A stretch of 64,000 bases of DNA, taken from positions 49,194 to 113,193 of the forward strand of contig CAVVAA010000009.1 of the NCBI GenBank assembly GCA_963746115.1, written 5' to 3'. The stretch comes from an uncultured Actinomycetes bacterium (GTDB lineage: Bacteria > Actinomycetota > Thermoleophilia > Gaiellales > JAICJC01). The notes under the pieces are model-generated. The model ran no database searches. It was not told where the DNA came from and saw only the letters and a program-made list of their open reading frames with translations. The number at the start of each line of letters is the position of its first letter. Within the stretch, counting starts at the first letter, position 1. Shown here piece by piece: positions 37,103 through 45,710 of the stretch. The position numbers were made by a program, and so were the translations under genes.

Positions 37103-38752
37103 ATGGCGCTGCTGGGGCGTTCCTCCCATGTCGTGCGTCCGTGGCTGGGCCGGGCTGCGATCGTGGCGGTTGTGTACTTCGCCGCGGCGAAGTTTGGCCT
37201 CTCGCTCGCCTCTGAGACGAGGCAGGTGACGGCGGTTTTCCCGCCGACGGGCATCGCCTTGGCCGCCCTGCTCCTCTTCGGCCCGCGCGTATGGCCAGGG
37301 GTGTTCGTTGGCGCCTTTGTGGCCAATGCAACCAGCAGTGAGGCCGTGGCAACTGCGATGGGGATCGCAGTCGGCAACACGGCGGCCGCCCTCGTGGGCT
37401 GGTACGGGTTGCGGCGCGTATTCGCGTTCGACGAGACGCTTGGGCGCGCCCGCGACGGGTACGCGCTGGTCGCGGTCGCGGCGGTGACGCCGCTGGTGAG
37501 CGCCACGAACGGTGTCGCCACACTGGCACTGCACGGCGTGATTCCGTGGTCCGGGTTTTGGGAGGTGTGGCGGGTATGGTGGGTCGGCGACGCGCTCGGC
37601 ATCTTGCTCGTGTGCCCGGTCATACTCACCTGGGTACGCCGCTCCGGGGTCACTGCGCCGCCGGCAAGGCCCGTGGAGCTCCTCATCCTCATCGGGTCGT
37701 GCCTGTGTGTGAGCGTGGTCGCCTTCTCGAGCGTGCTGTTCGTGCCGGGATCGCACTATCAGCTGCAGTACGCGGTGTTCCCGTTCATCATCTGGGCGTC
37801 GCTTCGGCTGGGCCAGCGTGTCAGCGCAACCCTGGTGCTGGGGATCTCCGCCGTTGCGATCTGGGGGGCGGTGCACGGCCGCGGGCCGTTCGCCGCCGGG
37901 TCCGTCGACGAGCGGCTCGTCCTGCTCGACCTGTTCATGGCGGTTGCCGCCGTGACCGGATTGGCGCTCAGCGCGGCGACCGCCGAGCACCGCCTCGCCG
38001 AGACGCGACTGCGGGCCAGCGAGGAGCACCGAAAGGCGCTGCTCGCCGCCATCCTCCAGGCCGAGGAGCAAGCTCGCCAGCGAGTCGCGGTCGAACTGCA
38101 CGACGACACAATCCAGGTCCTGATCGCTGCGCTCGTCGACCTGGATAGCTGTGTGCTTGCGATCGGAAACCACGATCGCGATCGGGCCCGCCGGCGGATC
38201 GCCCGCGTTCGCGACACGCTCAACGAGGCGGTCAATCGGGTCCGGCGGCTCACGTTCGAGCTTCGCCCGCCCGTGCTCGAAGCTCACGGCGTCGGCGCTG
38301 CGGTCAACCAGATGCTTGATGGGGTCAGGGACGATCTCGGGATCAGCGTGGAGCGGCGGATCGATCTGCATCGCTACGCCCCTGAGATCGAGATCCTCCT
38401 CTTTCGAACCACCCGCGAACTCGTCTCCAACGTCCGAAAGCACGCTCACGCGACCCGCCTGGCCATCGAGCTCGTCGAGCGCGACCAGGTCATCCACGGA
38501 ACCGTGACGGACAACGGCCGCGGATTCGACGTCCGCACCGCATTCGACCGCACAAAGACGCGATATCACCTCGGCCTCGACGCGACCATCGAACGGCTCC
38601 GCGTCCTCGACGGCACCCTCGCCTTCGACTCCGGCCCGGCCGGCACGACCGCAGGCTTCACCGTCCCGGTCCGCCGAATCGACGAGTCCCATCCGCAACC
38701 GCGCCGACTCGAGACCCAGCCCCGCACAGGAGTCACCCTCGCCTCGAGCTAG
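37103..38752 (+). CDS. MASE1-domain sensor histidine kinase (HisKA_3 / NarX-DesK type)
   Basis: In-frame tail of ORF 36533..38752 from MALLGRSS. Polytopic N-terminus. H-box VAVELHDDTIQ. ATP-binding motifs RELVSNVRKHA and DNGRGFD. Confidence 0.85.
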   Translation: MALLGRSSHVVRPWLGRAAIVAVVYFAAAKFGLSLASETRQVTAVFPPTGIALAALLLFGPRVWPGVFVGAFVANATSSEAVATAMGIAVGNTAAALVGWYGLRRVFAFDETLGRARDGYALVAVAAVTPLVSATNGVATLALHGVIPWSGFWEVWRVWWVGDALGILLVCPVILTWVRRSGVTAPPARPVELLILIGSCLCVSVVAFSSVLFVPGSHYQLQYAVFPFIIWASLRLGQRVSATLVLGISAVAIWGAVHGRGPFAAGSVDERLVLLDLFMAVAAVTGLALSAATAEHRLAETRLRASEEHRKALLAAILQAEEQARQRVAVELHDDTIQVLIAALVDLDSCVLAIGNHDRDRARRRIARVRDTLNEAVNRVRRLTFELRPPVLEAHGVGAAVNQMLDGVRDDLGISVERRIDLHRYAPEIEILLFRTTRELVSNVRKHAHATRLAIELVERDQVIHGTVTDNGRGFDVRTAFDRTKTRYHLGLDATIERLRVLDGTLAFDSGPAGTTAGFTVPVRRIDESHPQPRRLETQPRTGVTLASS

Positions 38753-38899
38753 CGGGGCGCGACCTGCCGAACTCGACGGGGTCGTTTGTGCAGCGAGGTA
38801 CTATGTCGGGGTAGTTCGGTGTGAGCCGGTTGAACAGACAGCCGCTCCCGGGGTCCGTTTGGCTAGCCCACCCCAATCCTTCTAGGAAGGGGGAGGCTG

Positions 38900-39313
38900 A
38901 TGTTGGTGCCACGCGCCACGCTGTTGGCGCTGACCGCGGTCCGCCCGCCGCCGGCGCAATCGATCACCGCTGCTCGCGGGGGCGGGGATTACTGGTTGGG
39001 TCATTGCGAGGGGTTCAAGGTTCAGAGCCCCGAGGGTGAGGTCGGCGTAGTTGAATCGGTGGTCTACGCCGCGGATGCCGGGCGGCCCGCGTATCTGGCC
39101 GTCACCGGCGGGCGGTTGCTGCTTCGCACCGCGCTCGTGCCGTGCGGCGAGGTGGTCTCGATCGACGCCCGCCAGACGCGCCTGGATGTGCAGGCCAGGC
39201 CGGCGCGACGGTCGCTGCGAACGACGGTGGCGGACGGGGCGCGACGGGCGTCGCACCGCCCAGCAGCGAGCCGGGTCGGGGACGGCTCGGCGGAGGCTCA
39301 CGACCAAAGCTAG
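38900..39313 (+). CDS. PRC-barrel domain protein
   Basis: GFKVQSPEGEVGVVESVVY...PAYLAVTGG...LVPCGEVVSID pattern. Confidence 0.55.
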   Translation: MLVPRATLLALTAVRPPPAQSITAARGGGDYWLGHCEGFKVQSPEGEVGVVESVVYAADAGRPAYLAVTGGRLLLRTALVPCGEVVSIDARQTRLDVQARPARRSLRTTVADGARRASHRPAASRVGDGSAEAHDQS

Positions 39314-39543
39314 CGCTCGACAGGCCGTATGGGTCTGCGACTGACCAGCCCGCCCCGGAAAGCTCGCCGCCGCGATGGGGTGCGCGCCGTCCGCGGCTTA
39401 CGACACGCTCGTCTCCATCTCACGGCGCACGAACTCCAATATCCGCGACGTCGCTCGGGTACTCGCTGCCGACCTGAGCGACGGCATCCGCCACAGAGCA
39501 GAGGGGTAAAGTCGGCCGTCCCCGTTGCCCTAAGCTCGAGGGC

Positions 39544-40641
39544 ATGCCCCGCGCCTGGTTGCTGCTGCCGCTCCTGCTCGCCGCGGCATGCGGCGGAGGT
39601 GGAGGCGGCGGCACATCCGGCGCATCGTCGCCGATCACGTCGCCATCGGCGGCGGCAGGCGGCATCGCCCTTCGGCCGCTCGTGACCGGCCTCGACGAGC
39701 CGGTAGACGTGGTCGGTGTGCCGGGAACGAGCGACCTTGCCATCGTCGAGAAGACCGGCCTGGTGCGGATCTGGCACGACGGCGGGTTGCAGCCGCGGCC
39801 ACTGCTCGACCTGACCGGCCGGCTCGCCCAGTCGAGCGAGCAGGGCCTGCTCTCGATCGCCTTCTCACCCCGCTACCGCGAGAACGGCCTTGCCTACGTG
39901 GACTACACCGACCTGGCGGGCGACACGCACGTCGCCGAGCTGAACACCCGGAGCGGTGCGCTTCGCACGATCCTGTTCGTGCACCAGCCGTATGCCAACC
40001 ACAACGGCGGCGCGCTCGCGTTCGGGCCGGACGGGCAGCTCTACGTGGGCATGGGCGACGGCGGCAGCGAGGGTGACCCCGAGGGCAACGGCCAGAATCC
40101 GCACGCGCTGCTGGGCAAGATCCTGCGTCTCGACGTCGCCCTCCCGGGATCACCGCCCGAGATCTACGCGTTGGGGCTGCGGAACCCCTGGCGGTTCTCG
40201 TTCGACAGCGCAACCGGCGACCTCTGGGTCGGCGACGTCGGCCAGAACCGCTACGAGGAGGTCGACCGGCTGCGGAGGGGCGCGCCGGCGGGCGCCAACC
40301 TGGGCTGGAACCTGATGGAGGGGAACGTCCGCTACGACGAAGACGGCAGCCTCCCCGCCGGGCTGATCGCCCCGGTCGCCGTCTACAGCCACGCCCACGG
40401 CTGCTCGATCACGGGCGGATTCGTCTACCGCGGCCGCGACCTGCCGCAGCTGCGCGGCCGCTACGTGTTCGGCGACTTCTGCAGCGGGACGATCTGGTCG
40501 ATGCCCGCGTCCGGCGGCCGCTTCACCCGGCTCGACGTACCGGCCGTGCAGCAGCTGTCCTCGTTCGGCCTCGACACCAGCGGCGAGCTGTACGCCGTGT
40601 CGCTCACCGGCACCGTGTTCAAGTTCGTGCCCGAGTCGTGA
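39544..40641 (+). CDS. PQQ-dependent sugar (glucose/sorbosone) dehydrogenase family lipoprotein
   Basis: Lipobox LLAAAC. Motifs EQGLLSIAFSP, HNGGALAFGPDGQLYVGMGDGG and GLRNPWRFSFD. Confidence 0.85.
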   Translation: MPRAWLLLPLLLAAACGGGGGGGTSGASSPITSPSAAAGGIALRPLVTGLDEPVDVVGVPGTSDLAIVEKTGLVRIWHDGGLQPRPLLDLTGRLAQSSEQGLLSIAFSPRYRENGLAYVDYTDLAGDTHVAELNTRSGALRTILFVHQPYANHNGGALAFGPDGQLYVGMGDGGSEGDPEGNGQNPHALLGKILRLDVALPGSPPEIYALGLRNPWRFSFDSATGDLWVGDVGQNRYEEVDRLRRGAPAGANLGWNLMEGNVRYDEDGSLPAGLIAPVAVYSHAHGCSITGGFVYRGRDLPQLRGRYVFGDFCSGTIWSMPASGGRFTRLDVPAVQQLSSFGLDTSGELYAVSLTGTVFKFVPES

Positions 40642-40647
40642 GCGTCA

Positions 40648-40899
40648 TCACTCGGACAGGCGTTCGTGCACGACCCGGGCGACGACATCCAGGCTCAGTC
40701 CTCGGCGCTCGAGGTCGTCAACCGCTTCCCGCACGGGGGCCTCTTCGAGTTCGGTCGTGGTGGCGTCGACGAGGTCGCGGAAGCGGTGCCACAGTTGCTC
40801 CCGTTCGTGACTTGTGACCATCGCTTTGGCGAGCAGGTTCGCTGCTTGCTCGGCGAGTGGGTCGAGTGACTGCGGCTTGGTAGCCTGTTCGACGGGCAT
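40648..40899 (-). CDS. hypothetical small helical protein
   Basis: 83-aa in-frame tail of ORF 40648..41268 from ATG 40899. Acidic and helical, with no recognisable family. Confidence 0.45.
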   Translation of the reverse strand: MPVEQATKPQSLDPLAEQAANLLAKAMVTSHEREQLWHRFRDLVDATTTELEEAPVREAVDDLERRGLSLDVVARVVHERLSE

Positions 40900-41331
40900 A
40901 ACGGCATCCTCTCGGAACGCGATAACGTGGAATGTTGATGATATTCCCTGCTCGCGCGAAAACCAGCCGCGAGGGCCAGGGCCACGGCGCGGCCTCGGCG
41001 GATCGGTCAGCGCGGAGTGCGGCGCGCCGGCCGCGCCGTCCGGTCGCGATGCGGTCGTGGCTGGCGCTGTGGGCCGCGCCCACGCGGGGGTCCGCCGGGC
41101 CCGACGTGCGGATATCGCCACGGCATCCCGCCGTCGGAACCGTCGTCCCTGTTGAGCAGCCTTCGGACGACGCGGGCGGCCTGCGTGGAGACGAAGCACA
41201 CGAAACCTGTGGCTGCGAGATCGAACGCAAAAAGGGCCGAGTCCCTCACGGCCGCGACAGCCTACCACCGGTGGGCTCGCCGACTTTCGTGGTGACGACC
41301 TGGACCGGCGGTGGAAGCAGATCCACGGGCA

Positions 41332-41363
41332 GTGAGCGGCGCGTAATGGTGCGCGCCGCTCAC
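41332..41363 (-). terminator. hairpin 11 nt downstream of the epoxide hydrolase stop
   Basis: GTGAGCGGCGCG, 8-nt loop, CGCGCCGCTCAC: a perfect 12-bp stem. Confidence 0.5.
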
Positions 41364-41373
41364 GTGTGCCCGT

Positions 41374-42568
41374 TCAGCGGAGTGACCTGAACGCCTCTCG
41401 CAGCTCCGATGCGAAGATCTCCGGCTCTTCCCAGGCAGCGAAGTGGCCGCCCCTGTCGACCTCGTTGAAATAGATGACGTTCGGGTAGCTCGCCTCGACC
41501 CAGCTGCGCGGAGTCCGCCAGATCTCGCCCGGGAACGTCGTGAAGCCGAACGGGATCGCCGGCGGCGGCAGAGGCTGGCGGCCCGCGGCCGGGGCGTCAG
41601 GCCCGTAGGCCTCCCAGTACGACCGGGCCGCGGAGGCGCTGGTGCCCGTCAGCCAGTACGTCGTGATGTTGTCCAGGACGTTGTCCCGGGTGAGGTTGCC
41701 CGAGGGCTGCCCGTCGACGAAGGCGCGCGCGATCTTGTAGTAGGCGTCCGTGTCGTGGTCTGATCATCCAGGCGGCCAGGGCGATGGGGGAGTCGAGCAG
41801 GGCGTAGCCGATCGTCTGCGGTCGGGTGGCCATCTCGACGAAGTAGCCGTTTCCGGACTGCCCGAAGGTGGCGATCTGCGCGGCCGCGGCGCGTTCCTCG
41901 TCCGTGTCCGTCGGCATGGTGCCGCCCAGCGCGGGCACGAGCAGGTTCGTGTGGATTCCGATCAGCCCCTCGGGTGCCTGGCGGCCCATCGCGTCGGTGA
42001 CGCCGGCGCCCACGTCGCCGCCCTGGGCCACGTAGCGGGTGTAGCCGAGGCGGCGCATGAGCTCGGCCCAGGCCCGTGCGGTCCGGTCCAGGTCCCAGCC
42101 GACCTCGACCGGCTCGCCCGAGAAGCCGTACCCGGGGAGGGAGGGCAGCACGAGGTGGAAGGCGTCCTCGGCGCTGCCGCCGTGCGCGGTCGGGTCCGTC
42201 AGCGGGCCGACGGAGTCGATCAACTCGATCACGGAGCCGGGCCAGCCGTGGGTCATGATCAGCGGCAGCGCGTGCTCGTTCTCGGACCTGACGTGGATGA
42301 AGTGGACGTCCACGCCGTCGATCTCGGTGACGAACTGCGGCAGCGCGTTCAGCCGCGCCTCGACGCGCCCGAAGTCGTAGTCCGTCGTCCAGTAGCGCGC
42401 CAGCTCCTGAATCGTCGCCAGCTGCACGCCCTGCGACCGATCTCCGACGAGTTCCTTGCTGGGCCAGCGCGTCGCCGCAATGCGTCGACGGAGGTCGTCC
42501 AGGGCCTCGTTCGGAATTTCAACCTGGAAGGGGTGGACGTCTATGCCGGTCTGGACGGTGTTACTCAT
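41374..42568 (-). pseudogene. epoxide hydrolase (EH N-terminal domain plus alpha/beta fold), one frame break near 41770
   Basis: FQVEIPNEALDDLRRRIAATRWP, HGWPGS, GGDVGA. The C-terminus DHDTDAYYKIARAF...GGHFAAWEEPEIFASELREAFRSLR is in another frame. Confidence 0.8.
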
Positions 42569-42591
42569 GAAGCAACCTCCTTCGGGTGCGC

Positions 42592-43230
42592 TCAGCGAAG
42601 CGCCTGCTCGAACCGCGGGTCGTCGCGTACTGCGGCGAAGTCGTCGTCTCTGCGTGCATCCTCGCGGAACTGCGGGCGCAGCTCGACAGAGCGCCGGAGG
42701 TGGGCGAACGTGTCGTCGCTGGTGTCGCCCGCGAGCGTCGCGAAGCACGCGTAGTTGTAATGCAAGCCCGCGTGGTCCGGCATGTGCTCGAGGGCACCAC
42801 GGACCGCTTCGAGCGCGTCGGCATACCGCTGTTCGCCGTAGGCCGTCATGGACTTGCTGTGGAACGGCCACGCGTCACCCCAGTCGATCCCCTGGTACGC
42901 CTCTCCGGGTGTGGCGCCGACGACGAGGACGGTTCCATCACCGGTCGCCTTCCGCCGCGACTCGGGCCCGACGAACAGGAGTGTTCCTGGCGGCGCGTTG
43001 ACCGCCTCGCCGTCGACCTCGAAGGTCACCTTCCCGTCGAGGACGATGTACAGCTCCTCCTGGCCCGACCCGGCCTCGTCGTGCTCGTTGACCAGCGTGC
43101 CGTCCTCGCCGGGCGTGAAGGCGTTGATTCCGAATGCGTGGATCCCGAGGTGCTCCCGCACCGGAAGATCTCTGCCGCGCCGCTCGATGTCGTCGAGCTG
43201 CGCGACTTGCCAGTTCGGCTTGTCGTTCAT
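42592..43230 (-). CDS. cupin domain protein with helical C-terminal extension
   Basis: In-frame tail of ORF 42592..43578 from MNDKPNW. Cupin core NEHDEAGSGQEELYIVLDGKVTFEVDGE. Confidence 0.7.
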   Translation of the reverse strand: MNDKPNWQVAQLDDIERRGRDLPVREHLGIHAFGINAFTPGEDGTLVNEHDEAGSGQEELYIVLDGKVTFEVDGEAVNAPPGTLLFVGPESRRKATGDGTVLVVGATPGEAYQGIDWGDAWPFHSKSMTAYGEQRYADALEAVRGALEHMPDHAGLHYNYACFATLAGDTSDDTFAHLRRSVELRPQFREDARRDDDFAAVRDDPRFEQALR

Positions 43231-43817
43231 CCGATCACCTCCGTACAGCGCACGTCGGTGCGAGTCGTCGAATCGCCACGCCGCGCGGGCAGGTACGCAC
43301 ACTAGCCCGAGACAACACGATCGGCTGGGCCAGTGTGGGGATGTCCCTGGTCGCACGCTGCGATGGTCATGCCGGGCGGGCCCGAACGGCGTGCCCCCAT
43401 TTGCCCGCACCGTGATACCCGCCGCCGGGTCGACCTGGCTCCCGCCATCGCCTGGCGTGATTACCAGCCGGGCAGTGCTTGCCGCCACGGTGGTCGTGGG
43501 GTGTGTGGAGGCTGCGGGAGAGCTCGTCCCGGCCTGGCCGGCGGCGCCCTGACAGGCGCTCGCAAGCGGCACACCCACGCTGGCCGTGACGATCCCAACC
43601 AGCCGCGACCGCGTTCCGCGACCCCGAAGCCTCGAGTTCGCCCCACCACGTCAGCGCTGCCGCTACCGATCGTGCTCACGACCAACAGCGTAGGTGGCCT
43701 GGTGAGCACCGCGGCGGCCCCGGGGGCGTCCACCCGAGGGCCATGGACACGGCAGTCACCCTTCCGGCGCAGGGATGACGATGCCGAAGCCGGCTCCGTG
43801 GTGGCGGGCGTGGCCGG

Positions 43818-45268
43818 TCAGGACGGCGACCGTTCCACTCGTACCCGGTCCTCCAGCACGTGCTGCTTGAGGTGCTCGGAGGCCGGCGACTCGCAGACGA
43901 TCGCCTCGAGCTCGACGTTCTCGCAGTTCAATCGCTGGAGTCGCAGGTGGTCGTGGCCGTCGGGGCCGTGCAGGACGAGTCCAGCCAGGAAGAAGCCGTG
44001 GTTGTTCAGGCACGAGACGGCGGCGTCGGGATCGCCGAGGGCGTGCAGATCGACATCGGCGTAGAGCAGGTCGGCGTGGTGTGAGAGCAGGTGCCGCACC
44101 GTGCGAACGAGGTCCTCCGCCGCCCCGGCATGCCAACGGCGGACACGGAGAAAGGCCAGGCCGCGCGCCGAGTCGTTCTCACTCGTCACGGCGTCGCCAT
44201 CGGCGTCCGGCAGGCCCGGGGCTGCCCGCTCCAGATCAAGGTCTTCGTACAGACCGGCGAGCGGCGTTTCATACCCTTCGGGGAGCGTGACCGGGCGCCG
44301 CGCTCGGTCGAACAGCAGGTAGGAGCGGACGACGGCGGTGCGGCGGTCGGGATGGCCGGCCTCGACGCTTCGCATCGTCACCGCGGGCGGAACCATCCCC
44401 AGCATGAGCGCCGAGGGCCGGTAGCCGTGGGCGTGCTCGGCACGCTGGCTGAAGGGGTGCATGGTGACTGCGTCGCCGTAGATCGCGGCCAGGCCGAGCT
44501 TGCGGGCGCGGTCGACGGTGTGCGGGAACATCCGGCCAAAGATGCCGAGGCCCCGGTACGCCGAGTGGACGACTGCCGCGCCAGTCTCGGCCGTCGGCCA
44601 TCGCCGTTGGTCATGATCGCATGGTGGCCGATCACGCGCCCGTCGTGGACGGCGATCGTCGACCGGAGCCGGCCGCCCGCCATCTCGGCGGCGAGGAAGC
44701 GCGGCCGGTAGAAGTCGGGGTGCACGTAGGTCAGGTGGTAGTTCTCGTACAGGAGCCGAGCGATCCCGCCGGCGTCTTCCACGCCTGCCTCTCGAATGTG
44801 AATGGCGTCGCGGAGGTCGGCGGCAGCAGCGTGGGGGACGCGCTCCTGTCGCGCCAGCGGCGGATCGGCCCCCGGGTGGGCGGTGGCGGTCCGAACGTGC
44901 GCCGTTAGCCGCTTTCCGTCGCCGCCGAGGTTGATCAGGCGCAGGTCGTCGGCGTCCTTCGCCAGCGATGCCAGCGGTGCCGGGAGCGGCCCCGTTGCGC
45001 CGCCGGCGGAGGTGAGCGGCGCTCCCCAGTCGTGGACGTCGATGGACGTGACCCCGGTGCCGGCCTCCAGGGTCACCTCGATCTCGCCCCACGGGTCGTC
45101 CGGATATGCGTGGTCGAGGGTGAACCGGACGAGCGCCTCGACCACCGCACGCAGGCGCCGGGCGTCCGTGTCGGGAATGCCCGCCGCCGTTGCGAAGGGC
45201 GTGATGACTCCGGCCACGAGCGCCGTTGCGCCGGCGTCGCTTCGGACGGTGACCTTGACGTGCGACAT
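43818..45268 (-). pseudogene. anti-sigma-kinase-like ATP-binding domain fused to a GNAT acetyltransferase and a C-terminal domain, one frame break near 44600
   Basis: ORF 44378..45268 holds the N-terminal part and the GNAT start. ORF 43818..45356 holds AVVHSAYRGLGIFGRMF and the rest. Confidence 0.7.
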
Positions 45269-45710
45269 GCTGGTGCGACTCTACGACACCGGCCGCTTTC
45301 GCCTCAAGCAATCGAGGCCATCGCGGGAACCGGGCTGGGCCCGTAACCCGGCACATTCGAACATCGGCCTCGCCTCCGCAGGGCCCGGCGGGGGGATCTA
45401 GGCGTAGGACCTACGAGCCTGCGAGACGGCTGACGTTGTCCGGGCCTCCGATGTGGCGGCGGGTGCCCTCTGCATCTGGGCCGGCGGCGCGAAGGGAACC
45501 CGGTTCATCCAGTTTGGATGAGCTGATGGCGGTGCCGGGGAGTAGGGTCGGGCGCTCTGCGATCGCCGTGGACGCCACCATCGTGGGCACCCTGCCCCAC
45601 ATCAGTGTCGAGGGTCAGGGTACTTCGACGAGCGGCAGCCGGCGTCGCCGGTCAAGCGCATTAAGACCGCACCGGGTTCGCGTGACGCGGTTGAGAGAGA
45701 GGAGCAACAC

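Noticed and set aside
40900-41330. RNase P, SRP, tmRNA or 6S RNA in the GC-rich gap
   Set aside because: None of the hallmark conserved strings of these RNAs was visible by eye. Only a proper covariance-model scan could settle it.
45357-45710. Possible cobalamin riboswitch upstream of the sulfatase (AAGGGAACCCGGT and a GTCAGGGTAC stretch faintly like the B12 box)
   Set aside because: The conserved elements are incomplete and not in the canonical order, and a sulfatase is not an expected B12-regulated gene. A covariance-model scan would be needed to revive this idea.
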